Origin: Vitrella brassicaformis CCMP3155
Lineage: Eukaryota > Protista > Chromerida
NCBI GenBank assembly: GCA_001179505.1
Contig: CDMY01000281.1
Location: 1-64,000 of the forward strand
DNA: 64,000 nucleotides
Reading direction: 5' to 3'
The notes under the pieces were generated by a model. That model was not told where the DNA came from and did not search any database. It saw only the letters and a program-made list of their open reading frames with translations. Made by a program: the position numbers and the translations under genes. Positions 1-11,738 of this stretch are shown in pieces; positions within the stretch are counted from its first letter, which is position 1; every line of letters starts with the position of its first letter.

Positions 1-704
1 GGCGGGCAAGCAGGTGGAATGGGCAGGAGAGGGCGGGTTTTGCTGAGGGGCTGTTGCTAGAGCGGGGGCCTTTCCACCCTCGTTGATTGCAGGGGGTGGG
101 TGGGTGGGCGTGAATGGGTAGGTAGCGAATGTTTTGATCGTTGCTGTCAATAGTTTAGATGCGAACATGTAATCGACCGTCCCAGCGCATGGACACACGG
201 ACAATCTTACCCGTAACCACCACCACCACCGATCTGGCAACGAAGGACGGAGTCAAATCGTCACGGAGTAGACCTCATTCGTATGAATGAGTGTGAAAAT
301 ACACAGACAGACAGCCGTGACAGACGACAGCACTGCAAACGCATTCGTCACGCAAGCTGGGGCTACAGAACGGAGACAGAGCAGATCAGCAGCAAAAGAA
401 AAACCACGCTCACATACACACATAGATGTCAAATGGAGGGCAGCAAAGCAAATGCCCTCCCTGCTTCCTCACCGGTGGAGGAGGATATCGATGGCCAATT
501 GGCCAACACTCAAGAATACATACACACAATACGCGCCAAACAAAAGAGCGCCCGCTCAAATCCAAAGCGCCATGGCAACCACACACATGGCGAAAAATAG
601 GGGGGTGGAAAACAATAGAGGCGACAGCCATAAACAATCAATTCGAGCGGATGAGGCGGGTGGCGTGCGGGTCTTCTTTTCTCTCAGTCTGTGTGCGTGC
701 GTGT

Positions 705-2127
705 CTATTTGAGCAGCAGGAGTGCGGCCCCGAGGCGCCTGATCTGCTTCCACTCGAGTGCAAGCCCCTCGCACCAGAACGGCACGCTCAGCAGCACCGA
801 GTAATCGGGCTTCTCAACCGCCTCCCACTTCTCGTATGACCTCTCACCTGACACACACACGAGACGCACTCTCACACACGTGTGTGTGTCTGGGCAGCGG
901 CTGAATATATATGTATCACTCACCCCTTTCTGTGGCGCACTTGACGCAGAGGCACTTGCCAGTGTACATGCAGCCCCACATACGGTCGAACACCTGCAGA
1001 ATGATGCAGTGGCAGACAGAACAAACGAGGCTCCACTAAGGTGTTTTCGGGTGTTTGTTCCTGGGCGGGCGCCTACCTTGAGGAAGAAGCCGCAGTGGTA
1101 CGGTTTGTTGTAGATGGACATGGCGTGGTGGCAGTAGTGCTGGAACGCCGTGTTGATCCTGTGGACGCGACGCGCACAAGGACGATACACACACACACAC
1201 AAAGAGATGATGCAAGCATCGCATCCATGGCTCGGCTCAGCAGCTGCCCTCTCTCTCGTGCATCACCAAGGGTGGTGGGCGTCAGGCCACTTGAGCTCAT
1301 GACCTGCACACCCACACACGCACACACACAGACATACATGATGAATGTGCCATCCATCCATCCATCCTACCCGAGTGCAGGTAGACGCCGTAGCCGTAGC
1401 TGAAGATGCCCATCTGCAGGAACATCAGGTCGATGTTGATAGGCACAAACAACGGAAACAGCAACATCGGCGACGCTCGAACAAACTGATCTGCACACAC
1501 ACACACACACACAGAGAGAGAGAGGGAGAGGGTCACAGAGGCCTGTCACTGCCGGCAGTGCAGTCCGCCCACCCACCCCCCCCCTCACCGAGCATCTCAT
1601 CAGCAATGACGGCAAATGGCGACGGATTGAAGAACGTGTGGTGGTGCTTGTGGAACCGCCACAAGAACTTGTAGACGTGCGTGGCCCGGTGGTAGTAGAA
1701 CTCGGTGAAGTCGACAAACAGCCAAAACACCACCTGCACCAGCACCTGGAACCCCCAGCTGTACTGCTGCGCGCCGCAGAACCCCTTGGCCAGCCCCCTG
1801 CTGCTGAGCCAGATGGTGATGGCGGGGCAGAGGACGGCCATGACCATCCCCTTGAGGCACTGGATGATCTCCTCCCGCACCTTGCCGGGCGACGGGTAGG
1901 CGGGATTCGACTTGTGCCGCCACTGCTCGTAGGTCGGCCGCCAGTAGAGCCAGCAGAACACCACCGAAGACAAACTCATCACGGCCATGGCGCCCAACAC
2001 TGACACACAGAGTGCATGCCGTCCACCATCGCTCTTCTCTCTGTGTGTGTGCTGTGACTGACGTACCTGTGCATATGCCCCAAATGAGGGGGAACGAGAG
2101 GCCCTCAGACACCTCACACAGCACCAT
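705..2127 (-). CDS. Fatty acid hydroxylase / sterol desaturase family protein (sterol C5-desaturase-like), multi-exon
   Basis: Spliced translation gives His boxes YYHRATH, HKHHH and QHYCHH, hydrophobic segments and a C-terminal VFDRMWGCMYTGKCLC. ATG at 2127, stop at 705, GT-AG introns. Confidence 0.85.
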
Positions 2128-2296
2128 TGTCCCAGACACGCAGCAGCAACGCGCCCAGCAGAGCCCTCAGTGTGGTCCTCGTCCGCGTGCGTGGCAAACA
2201 CAAAATTCGTCGCCCGCTGGTGCCCCGTGACAAAAATGACTCGCGGCAGTGGTCCAGATCCCTTGTTCTGTTCTCCCTTCTCCCTGCGGCCCTCTT

Positions 2297-2306
2297 GCGA
2301 GCTTGG
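2297..2306 (+). promoter_or_regulatory. GCGAGCTT(G) candidate promoter element
   Basis: Between divergent ATGs at 2127 and 2404; the same motif recurs upstream of other genes. Confidence 0.55.
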
Positions 2307-2403
2307 CAGCGGGAGAGAAGACCGGAGCACGAGAGGATATTCTCAACACATCTGAGGCGATTTTGATCCACCGAGGCCCTCCCCGGCTGTAAGTTTCTGA
2401 CAG

Positions 2404-2647
2404 ATGCCCGACTACGCCGAGTACCGTGATGGGGATGCTGCTTGCGGCAGCGCAGCTGAGGCATCGCGAGGCCTCGATGACGACAAAAATGGCATCGTCC
2501 ACCCCGTCTCATGGTCAGCACACGAACCGGATGATGTGCATCCTCATTTTTGTCTGGTTCTCAGGTCCTCGTTCTGGCGATTGTCACGAGACGATTTCGG
2601 TGCCAAAGTCAGGTGTGTGCCCTCGTGACAGAGATGGGACACCTCAT

Positions 2648-2682
<35 letters not shown>

Positions 2683-4920
2683 GTGTCTGTTGGGCCCATG
2701 CCATGCAGGTGGCGTGTGGTGGTGGCGGCTGTCCTCTTCCTGGGCAACATCATCTGCTACGCCGACCGGACTAACATCGGCATAGCCATCCTCAGCTTCC
2801 CGATCTCCCCAGACGACACCGGCATCGTGCTGAGCAGCTTCTTCTGGGGCTACATCTGCCTGCAGTACCCGGGCGCTCTGCTGGCTCATGAGTGGGGCCC
2901 GAAGGCGACTTTGTTGGCTGCCGTGGTGACGTGGACGTTCTTCGACTTGTTGACGGTGCCGGCGACCTCCGTGGGGCTGTGGGCACTGCTGCTGGCGCGC
3001 ATTGGTGAGCGAGGAAAGAGTGACGATGTGACGATACAGACGGCCGGAACGGTCGGATAAGTGGTTGGTGTATCTGTGACTGTGCAGGGATGGGGCTGGG
3101 TGAGGCGATGACATTCCCCTGCCAACACATATTCTCATCACTGGTCACACACACACACGCACATACCATGGTCAAGTCAGCCCTTTTTCCCTACTCCTGC
3201 CTGTCTGCCTGCGATGTGTGTCTGCCAGTGGATCCCCCGGCAAGAGCGCACCACACTCGTGACGCTCATCACCAGCGGGCAGGACACCGGCACCATCCTC
3301 GCCCTCACTCTCTCGCCTCACATCGTCCGCCTGTTCGGGTGGCAGTACGTGTTCGTCATCTGGGGGTGCGTGGCGCTCGTGTGGGTGGGGCTGTGCTGCC
3401 TCCTCACGGCAGACCGCCCGGAGACCCACAGATGGATGTCATGGTGAGTCTGTCTGTCTGTCTNNNNNNNNNNNNNNNNNNNNNNNNNNNNNNNNNNNNN
3501 NNNNNNNNNNNNNNNNNNNNNNNNNNNNNNNNNNNNNNNNNNNNNNNNNNNNNNNNNNNNNNNNNNNNNNNNNNNNNNNNNNNNNNNNNNNNNNNNNNNN
3601 NNNNNNNNNNNNNNNNNNNNNNNNNNNNNNNNNNNNNNNNNNNNNNNNNNNNNNNNNNNNNNNNNNNNNNNNNNNNNNNNNNNNNNNNNNNNNNNNNNNN
3701 NNNNNNNNNNNNNNNNNNNNNNNNNNNNNNNNNNNNNNNNNNNNNNNNNNNNNNNNNNNNNNNGGGGGGGGGCGGGCGTTCGAACCATCACGGAGAATTT
3801 GGTTGGTTGGTTGCCATGCAGGCGTGAGAAGAGCTACATCCGTCTGGGTCGGTCCAGGATAGAGGGCGAGGGTCTAGAGACCGCGCTCACATCAACGGCG
3901 AGCTTCTTCCAGCCCCACTCGCCCCTCACCTGGCAGCAGCTCTTCCTCACCCCCTCCTGCTGGGCCATCTACATCGCCCACATGACCTTCAACTACGGCT
4001 GGTACGTCCTGCTGTCGTGGCTGCCCAAGTACCTCACAGAGCAGTTCCACCTGGACCTCGCGAGCCACTCGCTGCTCGCTGCGAGCCCTTACGTGTGTGC
4101 GGCGTTGGGAATGGTGCTGGCGGGCTCGGTCGCCGACTGGCTGCTGGTGAGAGCGCACTTTCGGCTAAGAGATGTCCGGAAACTGATGACGGGCTTGGGG
4201 CTGGGCGGGGGGGCGATATTTCTCTTCTGTGCCGGCAACGTGGCGAGGGATGCCACGCAGGCGCTGACATACCTTGCCTGTGCGCTGTTCTTCGTTAGGA
4301 TGGCCACTGCTGGCTTTTGGTACGGTCGTGTGTGTGATAGCCACACACAAAGATATGTCTGTCTGTCTGTGTGTATGTGTCTCGGTGTGTCTGCGGCTGG
4401 CTGCAGGACCAACATGATCGACATAGCGCCACATCACGCAGGCAAGCACAGCGGGAGCCGGCGGGAAGGGGAAGCGGCCCAATGGCGATGACATCTTTCA
4501 TGCCTCTGTTTCTCTGTCTGTCCATCTGTGCTCACTGCAGGTCAGCTCATGGGCGTCAGCAATACCCTGGCCACCCTCCCCGGCATCTTCGGCAACGTGG
4601 CGACGCAGTACCTCCTGGACCTCAAGATATACCCCGCCTCGTCGACCGAGTCCAATTGGTCCCTGGTCTTCAACGTCGCGGTGGTGCTATACCTGATCGG
4701 TGCGCTCGTCTACGCCTGTCTGGGCAGCGACATTCCCATACACAGGTCGGTGACGATGGTGGCCGTCGGGCAGCAGATGCAGATGCAGCAGCAGGAGGGA
4801 CCCTATGTGGCGCTGCTGCTGGGCAGTGGGAGTGGGGCCGGTGGTGGTGGCGGTGACGGTGAGGGGCTGAGCGAGGGCCGCTCGAGGGTGGCTGTGGGTG
4901 GACAGAGGGAGGGGGGCTGA
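2404..4920 (+). CDS. MFS anion:cation symporter (SLC17 / sialin / PHT4-like)
   Basis: Motifs ICYADRTNIGIA, LSSFFWGY, GLGEAMTFP, WIPRQER, NYGWYVLLSWLPKYL, NMIDIAP, LMGVSNTLATLPG. Interrupted by the N gap at 3464-3763. Confidence 0.9.
3464..3763. other. Assembly gap (300 N)
   Basis: Run of N inside an intron of the MFS gene, followed by a G-run. Confidence 0.99.
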
Positions 4921-6459
4921 CGGCTGACTGGTGTGAGTGAGAGATTGAGTGTGTATGTATGTGGGTGGGCAGGGCGTCATGGGCGTCACAGACGCATGAG
5001 ACAGGGGGTGGGGTGGCCGTGTTTGGGTTTTGGTTGGGTGTGTACAATAAGTACAGTGCGTGCGGGCGTGCGGGCGGGTGGCTGGGCGGGCGGGTGGCTG
5101 GGCGGGCGGGAAGGGCCGAATGAAGTTTTCCAATACCTGCCTGTGGTGCACACACACGTGTGCGGGCGGGTGACTGAATGCTCTTCCCTCCCTCCTTCCC
5201 TGCTTGAGTGGGTATTTGTGCTTTTGTCTGTCTGGGCCGTGCCGCTGGATGGTGGAGGAGGACCGTCTGCCGTGTGTGCCGTGCCTGCTGTACTAGCGTT
5301 CCGTCACAACGACGAGTGACGATGGAGCGAATTGATGCTGCGCAGACAGACAGACAATGTATGTGTGTCGAACAGGTGATGAGTGATATGTCAACGAGTG
5401 GACAGTGGTCTGTCTTGTCGTCTTCGTCGTCTCACTCACACACACAGCTCACACACTGCCGGCCACACAAACACGTTCGTCATTCGAGACGGCCTCAGTG
5501 GTCATCCAGGCATTTCAGCCAGTCCATCCATCCGCGGCAAACAGGTCAGTCAGTCAGTCAGTCCACCGCGCCACCACCCACTTCAGTGCTCTCACTCGAG
5601 CACTGCACCACATCATCAAGTAGGTACAAGTGACACCACCAGAGAGAGAGAGAGCCCTCGCGATCTTCCCTGCTCCCTTCTCTGTGTGTGTGGCACCATA
5701 CCAGATTCTCAGGCATCGTGCCAACGGGAGTGTTGGCCTGCAGTCGGCCCAATGCGCCAGAAGCAGGCAGGGCACCACACACAGCAAAGGAAGCGAAACG
5801 TACACGCAGGAAAGCCAGGAGTAGGACGGAAAACAAGCTACAATTCAGTGCGCCCCTCCCTCCCCCGCCACCGTTTCTCTTCGCGCAGCAGCCGCCGCCG
5901 GCAGACCGCTCTGCTCACGCCGGGCAGAACGATCCTCCGACCACATCCGCAATGCCATTAGGAAAGCAGGCAGCGTGAGAAGAGCGCGGGGCATCATATC
6001 GGCCAGGACAATGAAATGAGACTGACATCCCCTGTCTGTCTGTCTGTTCGTCTGTCAGTCGTATCTTGCCCCGCCTGTTTCTGTGCTGCCCGCCGATGCC
6101 TATGCCCGGCCCGACGACATCGGCCAACAACATCACCGCAAATCGCTCACTAGCGCCTGCAGTGACGTTCGCCACACCGTCGCCATCGGGGCGGACGAAA
6201 GCACCGACCCACAGCAGCAGAAGCAAAGCCAAGGGAGCATCGCAAAACAGCTCTATCTTTGTGCACTGCACACTCACTGCTCAGATCTCTCGTCGCATCC
6301 CATACACAATCCACTCATACCAACACAGGAAAAAATCCCGCCTCTTCCTTGCAAGTTGAGTTGAAACCAAGCCAGCACCGTCCACACCCCACACCATCAA
6401 CCCACCCACCCAGTGAATCACCCACGCACCCACCCATGTGCCGTGCCATGACGGCATTC

Positions 6460-6887
6460 ACTCGTCGTCGTCATCGTCCTCTTCGTCCTGCACACACACC
6501 AGGCCACAACACACACACACACACACTCTCATCAGCCGTCCCTCTTTCGTGCCCCGTGTGTGCGGCTCAGCTGACCTCCTCCAGTACGGTGTGCGGGTGT
6601 CTTTGCGGCGGGCGCTGCGTGGGGTCCGGGCGGGGATTGGGCGGGTTCTTGCGCATCACAAACTCCTTGAACACCCAGTTGCCGCTGTACACCCCCAGGC
6701 TGCCGGAGATCAGCAGGCAGTACCACCTGGGGTTCTCGATGCTGTACTTGATGGCCTGCATTCTGGCGTGGAAGACCACACCGGTGCCGGGCGGCGGGGT
6801 GGGCGTCGGCAGCTTGCTCAGCACCTTGGGGTCCAGCAGCATCATCGTCCGACGCATCAGCAGAACCAAAGACCGACGCAGAGCCAT
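6460..6887 (-). CDS. Small single-TM protein with acidic tail, function unknown
   Basis: ORF MALRRSLVLLMRR...WYCLLISGSLGVYSGNWVFKEFVM...HTVLEE splices (GTCAGC donor, gtgtgcag acceptor) to DEEDDDDE*. Arg-rich N-terminus without acidic residues. Confidence 0.65.
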
Positions 6888-6937
6888 CGCGCCGGCCTCT
6901 CAACCACACAAAAATGCGACTCGGGCGCGCCTCAACT

Positions 6938-6947
6938 GCGAGCTTGG
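6938..6947 (+). promoter_or_regulatory. GCGAGCTT(G) candidate promoter element
   Basis: Between divergent ATGs at 6887 and 7062. Confidence 0.55.
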
Positions 6948-7061
6948 CCCGCAGAGAAAGGCAGAGCGGAAGCGGTGCATTGAGGAGTTGCCAGCAGCAC
7001 GAGTGCGTGCCAGCAGCAGCAAGACGTTCTTTCCACCACAGATCACTGCTGTTGAGTCGTC

Positions 7062-10000
7062 ATGGATTCGCCGAGCCGCACTGTGTCGATGGGACAGTTG
7101 GAGAGATTCATGGGAGAGGTGAGGCAATGTCAGACAGAGAACTGCAAGCACAAGCAGAAGCAGAAGCACAAGCAGCAGCAACGGCAGCAGAGGCCCATCT
7201 GCCATGTGTTGATGCCTGCCTGCCTGCCTGCACGTGTGGTTTTCCTGTTTCCTGTCATTGCAGCCGGACATTCACGCAGCCATCAATGAGCTGTTCCAGC
7301 ACGTAAGAAAGACCGTCACTGACAAGGCATCGCACTCCATGACAGCACTCATTGTCCTCTGCAGACCTCCCTGCTGGAGTTGTTTCAGCAGCTGCAGCAG
7401 CACCACCAGAGGGGCGAAGAGACCGACCTGCTCATGCGTGTGATTGATCAAATCTTTCTTCTGGACGACATGAAGCTGCAGCTCCTGGAAGAACCGGTGA
7501 GTCTCTCAAGTGCGCGACGAATGAATGCGGCCCTTTCTCTCCCTCCTCTCTCTCTCTCTGTGTTTGTGTTTGTGTGTCAGTTCCAGCCGTTCCTGCAGAT
7601 GGCGGCGTCGGCCGAGCAGACAAACCTGCGGCGCATCCTGGTGGCCAAGCTGGGCGACCTGGTCTCCCTCGCCACCCGGCCGAGGCCCATGGCCGTCGAC
7701 ACCGACGTTGACGAGCCAATGGGGGACGACAAGGCCACAGAGGATGGCGCTGATGTCGACAACATTATGGAGCGGTTTGTGTCGCTCGGTCTGGCGAAGC
7801 TGCTGGGGGTGCTGGTTCTGGACCGCGACACAGGGGTGGCCGAGAGGGCGCTGGATGCCATTGTCAAAATGGTGGGCTCGGCTGCAGGGTCGGACAGCTT
7901 CTTTGAAGGCGGGTTGCTGGACTGGCTGCTGGACAAGATCAAGACGGCCAGAGACGTGAGCGGCAAGAGAGAGGAGCCGCGAGCATGCCCGAGTGTGTGT
8001 GTGTGTGTGTGTGTGCCATTGATCAGGAGACCCGCCTGCGCATCTTGGATCTGTTCGTGTCGCTGGGATCGGTGTCCGAGACGACATTCGACAAGTGCGA
8101 GGAACGGGGTGAGGCCACGACACGGCCGACTAGCTGCCTGCCTGCCTGCCTGCGTGGGTGTGTGCCTTCCTTCTGTACGCCTGTTTGCCCGTCTGTGTCT
8201 GTGTGTGTCTGTGTGTGTGTAGGTCTGTACGAGCTGGTGCTGCAGGAGTACTTCACCGACGACCTGCTCATCAAGCTCATCGCCGTTGAACTCATGGACA
8301 AGGTCAGCTGCACACACACACACACACACAGACAGACAGACACACATCACACCACACGCACCCCTGGCATGTGTGTGTGTGTGTGTGTGGTCAGCTTGGG
8401 AGTTTCCCACATGGCGCCAGGTACATGGCTAGGGCGCAGATACCCCTCAAGCTCGCCAGGCACGCGGCACCACCTGCCACTAACGGACAGCACAGCGCAG
8501 CACAACAAAGCACAAGACGTTCCTTTCCCCACGTGTCTGTCTGCAGAGAGCTCCGCGACCCCTTGGCTGACGAGAACGCCAAGATGAGCCTCGTCCGGCT
8601 GCTGGCCAACATCATCGTCCAGGTGCGTTGAGTAGTAGGTGCGGCCACACCTGCAGGCAGATCACCATTAATTATGTTTGCACGCGTGTGTGTGTGTGTA
8701 CCAGGCCCCGGATCAGGCGAAGAGCATCTTCAGCGAGGCCAACAGCGCCATGGCGGAGCAGATCCAGGAGTTCCTCAGTGTGCCGACGTCTCGCCACAAC
8801 TGGACCACACAGAGGGTCAGTGAGTGCAGCCACCACCACAGACCCCTCCCTCATGTGTTGCCAGAATTGCCTGCCTCGTGTGCCTGTGTGTGTGTGTGTG
8901 CGTGTGTGTGTGGCTCAGCTCTGTGGGATCAACGCCTGGGGCGACATCTGCATCAGTGCCAGCGGCCGCGAGCAGATCAGCCGCGCCATGCCACACACTG
9001 TCGATGACGTATGCGCCACACACACACACACACACACACATGGGCAACTGAGCTGAGTTGAAAGATCCCATCGATGTGTGTGTGTGTGTGCAGCTGATCC
9101 ATGCTGTCCGCCACGGGGTCGACAGTGAGATCTGCAAGGCGGCCATGGCGGCGTGGACCAAAGTGCTCGAGGGGTCAGTCAGAGCCACAGCCCACACCCA
9201 TACACACACACGTGGCGAGAGAGAGAGAGAGAGAGAGACTCACCCATTCTCTCTGATTTTTCTTTTGTTTGTGCAGTGATCCACTGTCGGATGCGCTGAT
9301 GGCGAAGGTCTCGGACGACCTGCTGCCAAAGGTGAGAGCACGGCTGAAGACAGACAGACAGCACATGGGAGTGTGTGTGTGCAGGTGTTGGATGCGGCAT
9401 TGGTCATGCCCTTCGCCGACATTCGGCCACACGCATACCGCCTTCTCGCAGGTCGACCCACACACACCCACACAGACATGAGACGAAGACACCCTCCATC
9501 TTTGCCGGTTTGTCTGCTGTCTGTGTGTTGTCTCTGTCAGCCTTAAGTCAGTTCAAGTTCACTGCCCGGGCGGTCTGCAGCAGCGAGGTCAGTCAGACAC
9601 ACAGCCACACGCCCCAATTAATCAACTCACTGGGTGTGGTGTGTGCCGTGTGCTGCCTCCTGTCCTGCAGGATGCCCGAAATCTGCTGGTCGACTGGCAC
9701 TCAGAGCAAGACAAATTCGGTGCGAACCTGCGAACCAGACACACACACAGGCATGATGCCTCCTGACGGGCGGGCCCTCCTCTCTCTCTCTGTCTCTGTG
9801 TGTGTGTGTGTGTGGTGGCCACAGGCAAGTACGCCAAGCACGAGTGGGTGTCCTCCCTGGTGTCGCACCATGAAGCCTGGCTGCCGACGCTCGTCGGTAA
9901 GCGCTTAGACAGATGGACACACACGCATAGGCATAGGTGTCAGTCATATTGGGTGTGTGTGGCTGCCTGGCCGGCTTGCTGCAGATGAGGGCTTCTTGTC

Positions 10001-10221
10001 TGTGCTCGAGACGTATGCCAAGAGTGGGCCTTTCTATATCCCACCGGGTGAGCGTACGACACACACGTCCGTCCGTCCTTGTGGCTGGCTGGCTGGCTGA
10101 GGGCCAAGCAGCCTGCCACTGCTGCCATGCACTGCTGCCATGCCATTTATGTGTGTGTGCGTGTGTCATGGCCATGTGTCTGTCAGGTGCTGCCGCTTCT
10201 GTGGCCGAGAAGGCCGGATGA
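7062..10221 (+). CDS. PSMD5: 26S proteasome assembly chaperone S5b (PSMD5/Hsm3-like), many exons
   Basis: ARM-like exons RLRILDLFVSLGSVSETTFDKC, YFTDDLLIKLIAVELMDK, GSFPHGARYMA and C-terminal LETYAKSGPFYIPP match the PSMD5 pattern. Confidence 0.8.
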
Positions 10222-10542
10222 TAGTGGCCGGCCCGAGACGTGTGCCGTGTCTGTCGTGAGTGGATGTGTGTCAATCAATGAGGTTGCTGCTGCGTGTGTG
10301 TGTGTGTGTGTGTTTGCGTGAGATCAAGAGGTGCTGTGCTGTCTCGTCCGTCCGTCGTGAGAGAGGAGAGAGGCCCACACACAATACCGACAGACAGACA
10401 CTTGACGTGAACGCAAATACATACAAGTCTTCGATCCCCGTCAGTCAGGTTTCCATGAGCATGCAGTGCACCGTCTCAATGAATGGGGCTGGCTGTTCGT
10501 CTGTCTGTCGGCTGCCGTGCCATCAAACTCTCACTGCGTCGT

Positions 10543-11557
10543 CTACTCGTCGTCTTTTCCCCACTCCTCCTCCTCCTCCTCCTCGTCGTCGTCGTCGTCG
10601 TCTTCCTCTTCGTCTTTGATCGCCTTCGTGTACACGCCTGTGTCCCGAAGGTCTTCGACCTTCTCCTTTTTGTCAAACTCCTTGACCTCAACCTCGTCGG
10701 CAAATCCGAGTTTCGGCTTGACCGCCTTCTTCTGCTTGTCAGTGGCCCGCTTGAGGATGCCTTCGGGTGAGGGGGCCCTCTCGACGGGTGCTGGTGCGGG
10801 TGCTGGCTTGGGCGGGGGCGGCATCTTCTTCGGTGCCGGTTTCATGACAGCTGCAGTCGCCAAGTCAGGACAGACAGCGACAGATGCGTGTGTCCTTCCT
10901 CCCTCCCTCCCTCCCTGATGTGTGTGTCCGTTCCTCTATCTGTCTGACCTTTCGTCTCCGCCTGGGTCGACGTCCCTGACTCGGAGAGTGGCTCCGATTT
11001 GCCTGGCTCTCCGTGCCACATCGAGTGGCCGGGGAACACGTCCAGCACAGTCCCGTGCTGGATGCTCAAGGGTGTCTCGCCCGTCTTGCCGTACCCAGCG
11101 ACGTTCTGCAATGAGACACATTCATCTCAGGGCCCGTATGCTGGCTGTCTCACCGCCTCACCGTCTCAGGCGCAATGCAGGTCGCATGGCCGTCGACGTA
11201 ATGCCGGGGCGACTCGCACGGCTTACTGAAGGCCTGGCGGTGAGTGCGGCACTCGCCCGTCCCCAGCGGAGTGGTGACCTCCGTGCCCAAGATTTTCATC
11301 TCCAGCATGGTCAACGAATTGACGACGCACGTGGCGCCAGGCGGACAGCCCAACACCGTCGTCTCGTGCCAGTGCCGGATAGAGTGGACAGAGGACGTCC
11401 GAGCATGTCTGCCGGCACTGAAACCGACACGAGCCTCGTTCGTCATGGCGACACCATAATCCACCTTGCAGGTGTCGCCATCGGCATGATGAAGGGAACC
11501 GAGGGTGACGAGAACGGTAAAGGGGATGAGCAGAATCTGATTGGATGTCGAGAGCAT
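10543..11557 (-). CDS. Hypothetical protein: signal peptide, Cys-containing domain, Pro/Lys-rich linker, acidic tail (3 exons)
   Basis: In-frame splicing PET|NVAG and ETK|AVMKP. N-terminus MLSTSNQILLIPFTVLVTLGSL, tail DEEEDDDDDEEEEEEEW. Confidence 0.65.
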
Positions 11558-11738
11558 TGTCTGAGCGGGCAGAAAGGACCAGGTGGGACTCGCGTCTCGG
11601 AGGGTCTGCCCCCATGACATCAATTGCATGTGTTTACATCACCCAGGCCTCCTTGGGTCACTCAATCGTGACATTTCGTGTGTTCGGTGGTGCTTCTCTC
11701 GCCTCTCTTGAACGCAAACAGCCTCCTCTGTGCACGCG

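Noticed and set aside
5300-6400. Possible extra gene (ORFs 5383-5961, 5915-6277, 6083-6364; a tgtc-repeat AG acceptor near 6058)
   Set aside because: No recognisable motif or consistent exon chain; may be UTR or non-coding transcript. Needs RNA-seq.
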